A stretch of DNA of 64,000 nucleotides, taken from positions 48,409 to 112,408 of the IMG/VR virus record IMGVR_UViG_3300028048_003227; one strand, 5' to 3'. This stretch comes from a virus (lineage: Duplodnaviria > Caudoviricetes). Position 1 is the stretch's first letter. The number at the start of each line of letters is the position of its first letter. The position numbers were made by a program, and so were the translations under genes. Below, one piece after another: positions 27,483 through 38,007 of the stretch. The notes beneath the pieces were generated by a model. It did not search any database. It was not told the DNA's origin and saw only the letters and a program-made list of their open reading frames with translations.

Positions 27483-27785
27483 ATGAGCAACTACATTGAC
27501 GCAGAGAAATTGAAAGACGAGATAACGAAACGTATAGGAAAATACGATAGTATGCTTCATGAATGCAGTATTCCAGTAGTGCAAGGTAAACGAGAGGAGG
27601 CATTCGCACTTCTCGCATTCATTGATTCTCTCCAACAGGAGCGGTCCTCCGAGGTGGATTTGAACGAAGAAGTAGAAAGATTTGCAAAAGAGTGCGGTTA
27701 TAAGTCGGCTGCAACCATAGATTTTCAATTTGCTCACCACTTCTACGAACTTGGACTAAAAGCAAGAAAGGAGGAATCAAAATGA
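27483..27785 (+). CDS. paralog family C protein
   Basis: YIDAEKL, IDSLQQE, LGLKARKEE. Confidence 0.7.
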   Translation: MSNYIDAEKLKDEITKRIGKYDSMLHECSIPVVQGKREEAFALLAFIDSLQQERSSEVDLNEEVERFAKECGYKSAATIDFQFAHHFYELGLKARKEESK

Positions 27786-28027
27786 AAGTACCAGATAAGA
27801 TTTACCTACGAGAGTTCAAAGGAGCAGGATTAAGTCAAGTATGGAGTGGTATAAAGCCAACGGAAGAGACTATCATTGCTTCACACGAATATATCCATAA
27901 GGACACTCTAATGGAAAAACTTGAAAAAGTAGCCGCATTATACAAGAAACGCAGTGATGAAGGAGAACTTGTATGGCAGAATATGTGCGGCATCAAGGAA
28001 GCTATTGACCTACTAAACTCAATGTAA
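27782..28027 (+). CDS. hypothetical protein
   Basis: ORF. Confidence 0.65.
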   Translation: MKVPDKIYLREFKGAGLSQVWSGIKPTEETIIASHEYIHKDTLMEKLEKVAALYKKRSDEGELVWQNMCGIKEAIDLLNSM

Positions 28028-28028
28028 T

Positions 28029-28421
28029 ATGACAAGAGAAGAAGCAAGACTGACACTACAGGAGAATTTTGGCTATTTGTCAGAAGAACATCCGCGTATT
28101 ATCGAAGCAATGAAAGTTGCTATGAACATCCTTTCCCAACCTTCCCTCCCCCCTAATATGGACGAAGCTGCGAAGGAATACTTGAAACAATATAATGAAA
28201 GTGAGTTTGGAAATGGTGGTGATGATTGGGACGATGATATTCTTATCACTTTCAAAGCCGGTGCAGAATGGATGGCAGAGCAGGGAGAAACACAAGAGCA
28301 TTTTGTTATTGGACATACAGAGGCAAGTCATGGGATTCCAGTAATAGTGACATTTCCTGACCCTAAAACTTTTGAGATTGGTGATAATGTAATTGTTCAA
28401 ATCAGAAAAAAGGAGAAATAA
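28029..28421 (+). CDS. modular protein with FKAGAEWMAEQG and VIVQIRKK
   Basis: shares modules with 14185. Confidence 0.7.
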   Translation: MTREEARLTLQENFGYLSEEHPRIIEAMKVAMNILSQPSLPPNMDEAAKEYLKQYNESEFGNGGDDWDDDILITFKAGAEWMAEQGETQEHFVIGHTEASHGIPVIVTFPDPKTFEIGDNVIVQIRKKEK

Positions 28422-28423
28422 AT

Positions 28424-28894
28424 ATGAGACCTGAAGAACTAATGATTGGGGACTATGTGCGAGTCAATCGCGACGGGCTCTGCATAAAGAAAGACACCAC
28501 CGTAGAGATTAGAGAGATAGATGCCAACAATAGGTTTGCGAACCATATAGGATGTGCTTCTTGCCGACCATTAGATGATATGCAGTATGAGAACGGTATC
28601 TGGTGTGACTATCTTAGTCCTATTCTGCTTATAACTAAAATCTTGGAGAAGAACGGTTTTGTTTATACAGATCCGGAAACAACTACTATGTCAGAAGATA
28701 AGGTATGGCAGTTAAAAGACGATTACAATCAAGTTCTTATAGAAATAGAAGAACAGACGGACGAAAACTTGCTTGATTATTACATAGGATATTTCTCCTG
28801 TGGAGCAAATTCTTCTGAAATATATTTTAGGTATGTCCACCAACTCCAACATGCTCTAAAGTTATGTGGAATTGCACACGAAATAACACTTTGA
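28424..28894 (+). CDS. hypothetical phage protein (ELMIGD...YVHQLQHAL)
   Basis: ORF. Confidence 0.7.
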   Translation: MRPEELMIGDYVRVNRDGLCIKKDTTVEIREIDANNRFANHIGCASCRPLDDMQYENGIWCDYLSPILLITKILEKNGFVYTDPETTTMSEDKVWQLKDDYNQVLIEIEEQTDENLLDYYIGYFSCGANSSEIYFRYVHQLQHALKLCGIAHEITL

Positions 28895-29036
28895 GATATG
28901 ACGCAAGAATATAAACCACTCTTACTTAAAGGATGTAAAGATTGCTGGCATAACTATCATTGTCCAATGCCACAAGAAGGATACAATTATAATCCCGATA
29001 CTTGTCCTTATAATCCTGACAATAAAAGAGAAAATT

Positions 29037-29426
29037 ATGGTACAAGAAGATAAACAACTGCTGCTCATAGATCTTTGCGCAAGGTTGCCTTATAATGTTG
29101 TTATTCGTTGTACGGATAATGATACGAACTATAAGTGCTTTTTAACGACAGACATTCTCCACGAGATTCAAAACGGCTATGAGTATTATGACTACAAACC
29201 TTATCTCCGTCCAATGTCAAGTATGACTGAAAAGGAATGCATTATTCTATCGCAATTAAAAATTTGTTATACAGATGCATGGAAGCACATTAAAACTCCC
29301 GTTCCACTATATATAGCGGATATTAAGCAGTTTGATTTTTTCCTTCGTCATCATTTAGATTGGAGAGGTCTTATTCCTATGGGACTTGCTCTTGAAGCAC
29401 CAAAGAATATGTATAAAACTAAATAA
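29037..29426 (+). CDS. paralog family B protein
   Basis: conserved motifs. Confidence 0.75.
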   Translation: MVQEDKQLLLIDLCARLPYNVVIRCTDNDTNYKCFLTTDILHEIQNGYEYYDYKPYLRPMSSMTEKECIILSQLKICYTDAWKHIKTPVPLYIADIKQFDFFLRHHLDWRGLIPMGLALEAPKNMYKTK

Positions 29427-29428
29427 AT

Positions 29429-30124
29429 GTGGAACTAAAGATACAATCTCTTAACGTCCGTCTTTGGATAAAAGAGAATAACCCATTCAAACCACATTTC
29501 TGGTTATGGAGGACCTTCAAGCAAGCAATAATGTTTTTAGTAGAGAGTCCCGACGTGATTTGTCTACAGGAAGTGCAAAGGCCCGTGGGTGGATTTCTTC
29601 TTGGGTTATGGAGATATAAAGGGTTCGGTACGGATACAAGAATACCCATATTTATTAAGAAGAAAACGCTGCGTAAAAAATTTGTTGTTTTTGACACAGA
29701 TATCCAGGGTGGAACGAATAAGACCAATGGGCACGGTTCAAACATCTTACATTGTAGGGCAATATCTCCTCAATCGTATATATTTAATATTCAAAATTGT
29801 CATCTCTCCTGGGCAACTGAAAAGATAAAAAAAGAAATGAGATGTGGGTTTGTGTATAATACCATATTCTGTGGTGATATGAATGTGAGAAAAGATGGTT
29901 TTATAAACAACCTAAAGAAATACTCACACCTGGAAGATGGGGAGTTTACTGTCTATCCCAAAACACCAACTGGCCCTACATATATTAATTATGATAATCC
30001 AGATAATAAAGAAGACATAGATCAATTTGGATTTGTAGGAAAGACCGCTCCGGAGGCAGTAGTTACAGTTCTCCCTAATAAGTTAAGTGATCATTTTCCA
30101 GTGATCGCAAAATTTGAAATCTAA
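29429..30124 (+). CDS. exonuclease/endonuclease/phosphatase (EEP) family
   Basis: SLNV, DVICLQEV, GDMN, SDHFPV. Confidence 0.85.
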   Translation: MELKIQSLNVRLWIKENNPFKPHFWLWRTFKQAIMFLVESPDVICLQEVQRPVGGFLLGLWRYKGFGTDTRIPIFIKKKTLRKKFVVFDTDIQGGTNKTNGHGSNILHCRAISPQSYIFNIQNCHLSWATEKIKKEMRCGFVYNTIFCGDMNVRKDGFINNLKKYSHLEDGEFTVYPKTPTGPTYINYDNPDNKEDIDQFGFVGKTAPEAVVTVLPNKLSDHFPVIAKFEI

Positions 30125-30141
30125 TTTTTATATATTAATTT

Positions 30142-31215
30142 ATGAGTGCTATAAAAAATATCCAGGAACCTCTGCTCGAGTTGAGTGAGGTGGCTATTAT
30201 CCCTTCAAAAACGACTAAGATTCATTCTCGCACACGTGAGTGTAACGCTAGGATGGATAATGGTAAACTCCCTATTTTTGTTTCTCCTATGGATTCAATC
30301 ATCAATGAGGAGAACTTTGATTTGTTTAATAAGGATGTAACCGCTATCTACCCCAGGACAATAAAGTTTCAACACCGCATCAACCTTATGCAGAAGTATG
30401 ATGATAAGTGGGTTGCTTTTGGGTTGAATGAGGTCTGCATCCTATGCGATATGATTGACTCTGGACTTTTGAATATAACCGGTCGCGTCCATATCTGTAT
30501 TGATCAGGCCAACGGACATATGAGTGATCTTCTTGAATGGGGTCCGAAGTTACGTGAGAGGCTTGCCACGGAGGACTCAGAGATTATGGTGGGAAACATC
30601 GCTAACCCACGTACATATAATACTATCGCATATAACAACTTTGCTGACTGGGTACGGATTGGTATTGGTGGAGGTAGCCCTTGTACGACTTCTGTACAGA
30701 CAGGAGTACATTATCCTATGGCGTCTCTCATCAGTGAATGCCATTATTATAAGTCGGCATTTGAGTTCGGCGGGAAGAGGGTATTGAAGATTATTGCTGA
30801 CGGAGGAATTGGTGATAGTGGAGATATCTGTAAGGCACTGGCACTTGGTGCAGACGCTGTTATGTGTGGAAAGTTGTTTGTTGCAGTAGAGGAAAGTGCA
30901 AGTCCTTATCTGTGGATAATGAATCAGAATGGGGAATCTGTTCAAACCCGTGAAAAGGAATATTGGGGTATGTCTACGAAGAAAGCACAGATAAACATGG
31001 GTGAGGATGGCGTTAAGAATAGCGAAGGTATACTTTTCACTGTTCCTGTTGAGTGTACTCTTGATGAGAGGATTCGACAGTTTGAAGCAAGCATCAAAAG
31101 TAGTATGTCTTATTGTAATGCTTACAATCTGAATGAGTTTAGGATTAATGCTATACTATCTCGTATCACACCGGCGGCTTTTGCGGCATATCAGAAATCA
31201 ATTCAGAATGTGTAA
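30142..31215 (+). CDS. GMP reductase / IMP dehydrogenase family
   Basis: SPMD, GIGGGSPCTT, IIADGG, KALALGADAVM. Confidence 0.9.
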   Translation: MSAIKNIQEPLLELSEVAIIPSKTTKIHSRTRECNARMDNGKLPIFVSPMDSIINEENFDLFNKDVTAIYPRTIKFQHRINLMQKYDDKWVAFGLNEVCILCDMIDSGLLNITGRVHICIDQANGHMSDLLEWGPKLRERLATEDSEIMVGNIANPRTYNTIAYNNFADWVRIGIGGGSPCTTSVQTGVHYPMASLISECHYYKSAFEFGGKRVLKIIADGGIGDSGDICKALALGADAVMCGKLFVAVEESASPYLWIMNQNGESVQTREKEYWGMSTKKAQINMGEDGVKNSEGILFTVPVECTLDERIRQFEASIKSSMSYCNAYNLNEFRINAILSRITPAAFAAYQKSIQNV

Positions 31216-31217
31216 TT

Positions 31218-31463
31218 ATGAAGGTAATTGAAGAACATAGAAAGGACTTGGAACCCAAGAAATCTAAAAAATATATCTACAAGTGTTACCACTGTGGTAG
31301 TGTGCTGGAGGTAGATAGTGAAGATATACATTATAAGGAAGAGTGGGGTGATATAGAAGAATATTTCACTTGTCCTGTGTGTGGTCGTCGCCGTTTGGTG
31401 TTTACAATTAAGCTACATCATTTAAAATCATTAAGAAAGTTATTTAACAAGAAATATAGGTGA
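31218..31463 (+). CDS. small Zn-ribbon protein
   Basis: CYHCG...CPVCG. Confidence 0.65.
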   Translation: MKVIEEHRKDLEPKKSKKYIYKCYHCGSVLEVDSEDIHYKEEWGDIEEYFTCPVCGRRRLVFTIKLHHLKSLRKLFNKKYR

Positions 31464-31969
31464 AATACTTATTTCTCGACATAGACGGGGTCCTCAATCA
31501 CGAAGAGTGGTATGAGAAGAGGATAAAGGATTATAAAGACACTTTTACTTGTTGGGAGCAGGAGTGTTTTGATCCTGATTGTGTAGAGAGGGTAAATAGG
31601 ATTCTTAAAGAGACTGGTGCAAGACTTGTTGTGAGTAGTAGCTGGAGGTTAGATTTAAAATTAGCAAGAATATTCTCTCTTGTCGGTCTCCCGACCGATT
31701 TTGATGTTACTCCCACGGGAAACATCTACACAGGCGATTGTTATGATACCAGGGGAGAAGAAATAGAAGCTTTTCTCGAAGATAATCCTTGTGATCAGTA
31801 TGTTATCCTTGATGATGATAGAGATTTCAGTGAAGAACAATTAAATGAGCATTTTGTTCACTGCTGTACGGATTACCTACAGGCTCTTCAAGAAGGAAAT
31901 GAAGGACAAACAGGATTAACTGAATTAAAGATGAGGAAAGCAATCAATATATTAAATAAAATACAATAA
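31460..31969 (+). CDS. HAD phosphatase, Swiss-Army-knife RNA-repair-like
   Basis: FLDIDGVLN, VVSSSWR, YVILDDD. Confidence 0.8.
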   Translation: MKYLFLDIDGVLNHEEWYEKRIKDYKDTFTCWEQECFDPDCVERVNRILKETGARLVVSSSWRLDLKLARIFSLVGLPTDFDVTPTGNIYTGDCYDTRGEEIEAFLEDNPCDQYVILDDDRDFSEEQLNEHFVHCCTDYLQALQEGNEGQTGLTELKMRKAINILNKIQ

Positions 31970-31974
31970 GAGGT

Positions 31975-32262
31975 ATGTGCTTTATTGAAATTAATGTTCT
32001 TAAAAGTAGATACGGTGGTCCAATAAACGATAACGATGATTTGGAATGGGCGTTATCTAATAATTGCACAGAACAGGTTATCATCAATACAAATTATATT
32101 GCGTTTATCACCCATCCAGAAATGTGTTCAGATTTTTATCATCCAGAGAAAAAATATGGTAAATATTTTTATGTATATATGAATGACGGACGTGAGAGTA
32201 GGTTCACATGTAAAGAGAGTGAGTACAAAGATCTTTATAATTATTTATCTTTATATGCGTAA
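31975..32262 (+). CDS. hypothetical protein
   Basis: ORF. Confidence 0.6.
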   Translation: MCFIEINVLKSRYGGPINDNDDLEWALSNNCTEQVIINTNYIAFITHPEMCSDFYHPEKKYGKYFYVYMNDGRESRFTCKESEYKDLYNYLSLYA

Positions 32263-32307
32263 AGTTAGAGGGATTAATCAATATTTTTTATAAAACAATA
32301 TAATATT

Positions 32308-32727
32308 ATGACAGAAGAAAAAGATAAGATAGCAAAGCTCGAAGAGCGCCTTGAGAAGGCGGCAGCAACCTTTAAGGAGATGAAAGCCAAGCTTGAATCA
32401 ACCGAAAAGGTAAATGAAGGACTCGCTAACCGAGTGGCTGAACTCGAAGACGAACTCACACTTAATGGTGGAGCAGTTCAGGAAGTTGAAGGACTTAAGG
32501 GGAGACTTGAGAAGGCAAAGGAAATCTTTACTACCCAGAAAGCAAAGATTGCCGAACTGACGGAAGCAATAAATGAAAAGGACAAGACTATTGAAGAGGT
32601 ACGGTCGGATCTCGATGCAGCTGCAAAGACATGTTCCGAATTATCCGAACAAATAAATGTTCTTAATGCAGAAAACGCAACCCTTAAATCCACTCTTGAT
32701 AGAATTAGGGAGATTGTGGGTGAATAA
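32308..32727 (+). CDS. coiled-coil protein
   Basis: heptad-rich, internal RLEKA repeat. Confidence 0.7.
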   Translation: MTEEKDKIAKLEERLEKAAATFKEMKAKLESTEKVNEGLANRVAELEDELTLNGGAVQEVEGLKGRLEKAKEIFTTQKAKIAELTEAINEKDKTIEEVRSDLDAAAKTCSELSEQINVLNAENATLKSTLDRIREIVGE

Positions 32728-32890
32728 TCAAGTCACACACCGAACATCAAAGACTTCACTAAATATAGTGGGGTCTTTTGTTATTTATATGTGAGTGTAA
32801 AACTCGCGTATTTTGCGCTTGAAACAGGTGAGATAATAAAATGGTTATCTTTTTTGTATAACTTTGTTAAAACGAGATTTAGATAGCAAA

Positions 32891-33520
32891 ATGAAAGGAT
32901 TAGTAGATAACTTTGAACTCTTGGGTAGATACCTATTCGAAAAACGCACTCCCCTTACTGAAGATCAGTTCTATTTTCTTCAGATTCTTGTGAGAGGAAA
33001 AGATGGAAATCATGTGTGTGGCAATAATAAAAATAGACTTGTTAAATACTATGTGATTCGATCCAAGGAACAGTTACTCGGGTTGAAAGATGAGATAGTT
33101 GGTATATGTGGAGTTGTGAACGGTCGTGCATATATTCATCCAACTCGTAGGTCCTTAAAGGAGGTTGCTAATCGAGCTCTTGAAGATACTGCACACACCT
33201 TTGTGTCACAGAACTGGATTGGATTGCGAGGTGTTTATTCTACTGCAGCGGGCCAGTCTTTTGTGAGTAGCGATAAACAGTTTATAGTAGATCTGGATGA
33301 CTTCACTTATGATCAAGCAAAGGAAGTGTTTGATTTTGTAAATACACTTCGTGGTAGGAAAGACGACATGGGCAACATCTCACAAATAATCCTTCCAACA
33401 GTACATGGTTATCATTTGATTACCAATGCGTTTGATGTTGGTGAGTTTACGAAGAAATACCCGGGGATTGATATTCATAAAAACAATCCAACTCTACTGT
33501 ATTATAAAGCAAGTAAGTAA
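32891..33520 (+). CDS. hypothetical protein, possible primase-like fold
   Basis: IVDLD and PTxxGYHLIT motifs. Confidence 0.6.
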   Translation: MKGLVDNFELLGRYLFEKRTPLTEDQFYFLQILVRGKDGNHVCGNNKNRLVKYYVIRSKEQLLGLKDEIVGICGVVNGRAYIHPTRRSLKEVANRALEDTAHTFVSQNWIGLRGVYSTAAGQSFVSSDKQFIVDLDDFTYDQAKEVFDFVNTLRGRKDDMGNISQIILPTVHGYHLITNAFDVGEFTKKYPGIDIHKNNPTLLYYKASK

Positions 33521-33564
33521 ATATTTGGAGTGTATTTGGTAAATAATATCAAATAAGATAAGTT

Positions 33565-33999
33565 ATGTCTCAAGAAGAAAAGCAAATATTACTTAAAGAC
33601 CTTAGTGCAAGATTGCTTTATGGAGTGCAAGCAAAAGTTGATGGACATAACAATCCTTTGCGGATTTTAGGCATAGAGAGATTGAACAAAAGCACATGGG
33701 CGTGGAAGAAAGGGACTTATGTGGTATCATTTTGGAATGATACAAAATGTATAGACCAAGTTAAACCATATCTCCGCCCAATGTCAAGCATGACTGAGGA
33801 AGAGAAGAAAGAGTTTGATGACTTTTGCGTCATAGATGAAGCAGCCTGGAAAGGAAATACTGAGGTTGGTTATAAAAATCAGGCAGTTATAATGTCGGAT
33901 GGTATTGATTGGCTTAATGCTCATCACTTCGACTATCACAATCTTATAGGAAAAGGATTGGCTATAGAAGTGCCTGAAGGAATGTATTCAATCAAGTAA
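33565..33999 (+). CDS. paralog family B protein
   Basis: conserved motifs. Confidence 0.75.
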   Translation: MSQEEKQILLKDLSARLLYGVQAKVDGHNNPLRILGIERLNKSTWAWKKGTYVVSFWNDTKCIDQVKPYLRPMSSMTEEEKKEFDDFCVIDEAAWKGNTEVGYKNQAVIMSDGIDWLNAHHFDYHNLIGKGLAIEVPEGMYSIK

Positions 34000-34044
34000 A
34001 TATACAGTTCATATTTGTTAATTAATATCATAAAATAATAGAGT

Positions 34045-34233
34045 ATGGCGTTTATATCATGTTCCAGACCTAAAATTGGTGATTGGGTTATCACAAATAA
34101 GAGACACGAATCAATGACAGGCATTTTCACAGAGGGGTCAAAAGTTAAAATAATTGACATTGATTCCATACGTGGATATTCGATAGAAGATGAATACGGT
34201 AATATAATGTATGAAATTGGTTGGAAAATATAA
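34045..34233 (+). CDS. small hypothetical protein
   Basis: ORF downstream of the 26-bp repeat. Confidence 0.55.
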   Translation: MAFISCSRPKIGDWVITNKRHESMTGIFTEGSKVKIIDIDSIRGYSIEDEYGNIMYEIGWKI

Positions 34234-34487
34234 AACTGAATAGAAATGGAAACAATTAAACATTGGAGTGAAGCCATTAACAAATGGGAAGAATACAAGA
34301 ACACCCATACTAAAGAGGAAATAATAGCCGACATGGAAGAGTTTTTCTCTCTTGACAGAGATGGTGAAATATCTAAGATGATGGCCTATGTTTATTATGA
34401 TATACATTCTTTTTGATTATGAGAACAATTAAAGAAAGGGGCTTTGCTTTTGAAGCTCCCAATGATATGTATAAAAATGAATAGACT

Positions 34488-34715
34488 ATGCTAAAAAGAT
34501 TTCTCATAAAGCATAATATTATAAAAGATTCTTTCTACATAGAGGCGTTTGTTTATGTAGACAAAAAGACTGGACTGACTTGTGATGCATCAGATACTAT
34601 TAAGTGGTTACAGCCGTTCTGTATTCATTGTTTCTATAAAGACAAAGATGACTTTGCCTTTAAGATGTTACATTACAAGTATCCCGAATACATTGGATAT
34701 TTAAATCTATACTAA
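34488..34715 (+). CDS. hypothetical protein
   Basis: ORF. Confidence 0.55.
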   Translation: MLKRFLIKHNIIKDSFYIEAFVYVDKKTGLTCDASDTIKWLQPFCIHCFYKDKDDFAFKMLHYKYPEYIGYLNLY

Positions 34716-34716
34716 A

Positions 34717-35094
34717 ATGACTAAAGAAGAAAAACAACTGTTACTCATAGACCTTTGCGCGAGACTGCCTTATGGGATTATTGTGCATATTCATGATATT
34801 GATGTGGATGATTATGATAGGCAGTTAATTGGAGAAGATTTAGACTTTATTGAACTTGATAGAAGGAACTGTAAACCTTATCTCCGTCCTATGTCAAGTA
34901 TGACTCCTCAAGAATGGTGTGACTTGTGTGACTGTAGGATTGAAGATGATAAAGCGGCCACCATTATAAATGGACATAGATTTGTCTCTCATGTAAATGA
35001 AGAGGGTTTTCTAAACTCACACCACTTTGACCATCATAATCTCATTGAAAAAGGTTTGGCATTAGAATCACCTGAAGGAATGTATAAGGCATAA
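34717..35094 (+). CDS. paralog family B protein
   Basis: conserved motifs. Confidence 0.75.
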   Translation: MTKEEKQLLLIDLCARLPYGIIVHIHDIDVDDYDRQLIGEDLDFIELDRRNCKPYLRPMSSMTPQEWCDLCDCRIEDDKAATIINGHRFVSHVNEEGFLNSHHFDHHNLIEKGLALESPEGMYKA

Positions 35095-35106
35095 AGTTAT
35101 ACAAAT

Positions 35107-35424
35107 ATGATAGATAAATTTGAAACACTACGCCCAGAATCTTTAACTGCGACAAACTTATATTGCTATGACGAACCTTATGCTTATTGGTTGTCTGCTC
35201 CTGAGTATAATGTATATGAATGGGTATTATATAAAGAATACAACGATTACGAGTCAGTTGTTGGAAACGGCGGATTAAAAGGTGTGTCTTATGAAGAATT
35301 AATGAATAGTTTTAGAACTTATAGCTTTTACGATAACATAGACAGAGAAATGCTATGCAGAACATTTAGGCAACGTTCTTTGTATGATGATTCTTGTGAT
35401 TTTGAAGATTTTATAGACGAATAA
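35107..35424 (+). CDS. hypothetical protein
   Basis: ORF. Confidence 0.6.
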   Translation: MIDKFETLRPESLTATNLYCYDEPYAYWLSAPEYNVYEWVLYKEYNDYESVVGNGGLKGVSYEELMNSFRTYSFYDNIDREMLCRTFRQRSLYDDSCDFEDFIDE

Positions 35425-35445
35425 GATTATAAAACCGAATAGAAT

Positions 35446-35673
35446 ATGACAGCATTAGAAAAATTTCAAGAATTGCCACATATAACTTATTTATATGAAA
35501 TATTATCCGACTGGGGATATGCACCCACCCTATATCATTTTGACGGAATGTGGCATGTATCGTGGATTCACTGTGAAGAAGGCGATAGCTTGGATGACTT
35601 TAGTGGTTCTACACCAGAAGAAGCGATTGACAAGGCATATAAATGGTTTCACAGTAAATTTAGTAATGATTAA
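35446..35673 (+). CDS. hypothetical protein
   Basis: ORF. Confidence 0.6.
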   Translation: MTALEKFQELPHITYLYEILSDWGYAPTLYHFDGMWHVSWIHCEEGDSLDDFSGSTPEEAIDKAYKWFHSKFSND

Positions 35674-35675
35674 CT

Positions 35676-36152
35676 ATGATTACAGAAGATTACGTCAGTT
35701 TTGAAACCGCAAAACTCTTGAAGGAAAAAGGATTCAAGGAATGGTGTCTTAAGTGCTACGGTATTGCGGTGCTTCACAATGGGCAGGATATCAGTTTTGA
35801 TGAAGAGCTCGATTTGAAAGATGATGGCAGGGAGAACGAAATTGAGTATATAGAAGGCGGCAGGCTCTATGATTTTGGATGCAATAACCGAGACAAAGAT
35901 GCGAATGTGTGGGCAGCTCCGACATTGTGGGTTGCAATGAAGTGGCTGATGAAGAATTATGATATCTATATTACAGCTGTCCCCAACGGCATTGGAGAAA
36001 ATGTGTTCTATATGGGCATTTACAAAAAATATGATTATGGATGGACTTACATAAGTGATTGCCTTGATGAAAAATATAAAGAAGCAGAATTTTATACACC
36101 AGAGGAAGCCTGTGAATCAGCCATTAAGTATTGCCTTGAAAATTTGATTTAA
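35676..36152 (+). CDS. paralog family A protein
   Basis: conserved motifs; closest to 36611. Confidence 0.8.
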   Translation: MITEDYVSFETAKLLKEKGFKEWCLKCYGIAVLHNGQDISFDEELDLKDDGRENEIEYIEGGRLYDFGCNNRDKDANVWAAPTLWVAMKWLMKNYDIYITAVPNGIGENVFYMGIYKKYDYGWTYISDCLDEKYKEAEFYTPEEACESAIKYCLENLI

Positions 36153-36595
36153 TGACGGCTATGCGCAAGACAAAGAATAAAAACCAAAAGAAACGTCGCA
36201 GAAGTGGCAAAAATATTTTTTGGCTCGTTAAAAGTAGGAGAACCAACGAGTTAATACTATTTTCAAGGAAGCCATACCTTATGCAAATGCCAAACGGAGA
36301 CGTTCAGTGGTTTAGCGTCTATTCCGAATGCTATCCAAATGTTAAGGTGGCAAAAAGAATGGAAATTGACGACAAATCTCCTATTATGGTGAAATTGGTG
36401 GTGTGTAACAATGAGCCGGATATGTACATTCAGCGATACAAAGATTGTCTGTTCATCCATAGCTGTATTCACACATACTATATTGGCGGCAAAGTAAAAG
36501 CGACAGAAGTCCCGCATAGTTTCAGAATTTCTAACAAACTTTTTCCCGATGTCACAGAAGAAAGCGGAATTGTCGGAATTAAAATAGTGTCTTGA
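36152..36595 (+). CDS. hypothetical protein flanked by 19-bp direct repeats
   Basis: cttgaaaatttgatttaat at 36135 and 36591. Confidence 0.65.
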   Translation: MTAMRKTKNKNQKKRRRSGKNIFWLVKSRRTNELILFSRKPYLMQMPNGDVQWFSVYSECYPNVKVAKRMEIDDKSPIMVKLVVCNNEPDMYIQRYKDCLFIHSCIHTYYIGGKVKATEVPHSFRISNKLFPDVTEESGIVGIKIVS

Positions 36596-36610
36596 AAATT
36601 TGATTTAATT

Positions 36611-37099
36611 ATGATAGCTGAAGATTACGTGAGTTTCGATACTGCTAAACTATTGAAAGAGAAAGGGTTTAAGAATTGGTGTGATAAGTGTTATGGCACT
36701 GCTTTATATCATAAAGGTGTACCAATCAGTTTTGATGACGAATGTGAACTGAAAGACGAAGGATTTGAAGATGAAATTGAATATGTTGAAGGTGGGTATC
36801 TTTATGATTTTGGGTGTGACAACAGAAAGGAATATGCAAAAGTATATGCAGCTCCAACTCTTCAAATGGCAATGAAATGGCTGAGGGAAGTGCATAATAT
36901 AGACATCTCGGTAGTTCCACATTCTCATAAAGAAGGCAAAACATTTGGATACGAGTTTGTATATTGGAATGGTGCCGAATACCATATGCCGTACAGCGAA
37001 CAATATCCAACATATCATGAATTGTTTGGAAAAACTTGGGAAAAATATGAAGAAGCTTGTGAAGCGGCTATTAAATACTGTCTTGAAAAATTGATTTAG
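36611..37099 (+). CDS. paralog family A protein
   Basis: conserved motifs. Confidence 0.8.
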   Translation: MIAEDYVSFDTAKLLKEKGFKNWCDKCYGTALYHKGVPISFDDECELKDEGFEDEIEYVEGGYLYDFGCDNRKEYAKVYAAPTLQMAMKWLREVHNIDISVVPHSHKEGKTFGYEFVYWNGAEYHMPYSEQYPTYHELFGKTWEKYEEACEAAIKYCLEKLI

Positions 37100-37101
37100 T
37101 T

Positions 37102-37899
37102 ATGAATAAAGAAATAGAAATCCCAGAGGGTTACGAAGCCCGAATTGAGGACAACAAGGTTGTTCTTATACCGAAAGAGAGTGAGGATGATAGGATAAGG
37201 AAAGCGATTTTGGGGCTAACTTATCTTGATGGAATTGAACCAGTCCTTACAAAGTGCTCCATAACGGCAAGGGACATTCGTACCTACCTCGAAAAGCAGA
37301 AAGATATTCTGCGAGAAAGAGCACAAAATATCACAACCAATATGCTTGAAGATAGAATCGAAGGCATTCAGCGCGAATTGATTGAGTTCTTATCCAACAC
37401 TATAAATGCTTCTTGGGTTGATATTATTAAGTCTGTCGATTCTTATGCGGAAAGGATTAAAAATATCATCGAAAAGCAGAAAGAGCAGAAGCCAGACAAT
37501 CCATGTGATGGATGCAACAATTACAAGGGTTGTATCACTTGTGTGAAGGGAGACCAGTGGGCACATATAGAAGAGTGTAAAAACGGAGCAATTGTTCTTG
37601 AGGACTTTAATGGAGGTAATGGTTTTTATAAACTCAATCTCGATTATTTAAGTAAAGAACAAGTTGAAGAGATTGAAAAACTTGTTGCTTTGTGGAATAG
37701 TAAAGAGCAGAAGCCCGTAGAGTGGAGCGAGGAGGATGAAGACACATATGAAAGAGTGTATTGTTTGTTTAGAGATGCTCTCGATAAGTGGTATGAGTGT
37801 GTTTTTGCGGGATGTTATCCAAAGATAACGAAAAAGAAGGTTCTTGCTATGCTCAAATCTCTTTATCTTCAACCTCATTGGAAGTCGAGCGATGAGTAG
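37102..37899 (+). CDS. modular hypothetical protein (ESEDDRIRKA, EKQKEQKP, EWSEED)
   Basis: ORF with internal linker repeats. Confidence 0.7.
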   Translation: MNKEIEIPEGYEARIEDNKVVLIPKESEDDRIRKAILGLTYLDGIEPVLTKCSITARDIRTYLEKQKDILRERAQNITTNMLEDRIEGIQRELIEFLSNTINASWVDIIKSVDSYAERIKNIIEKQKEQKPDNPCDGCNNYKGCITCVKGDQWAHIEECKNGAIVLEDFNGGNGFYKLNLDYLSKEQVEEIEKLVALWNSKEQKPVEWSEEDEDTYERVYCLFRDALDKWYECVFAGCYPKITKKKVLAMLKSLYLQPHWKSSDE

Positions 37900-38007
37900 A
37901 TGAGGTAGTTGTATTATGCACTAACTCCAGGCTATGTATTTGATCGCTATATATTAAATGAACTATACGAACAACTTGAGAAATTGATATAAAAAACAGG
38001 AATAAAT

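Noticed and set aside
13816-37899. CRISPR array or diversity-generating retroelement behind the repeats
   Set aside because: Repeats are coding and irregularly spaced; no reverse transcriptase or adenine-specific TR/VR pair seen
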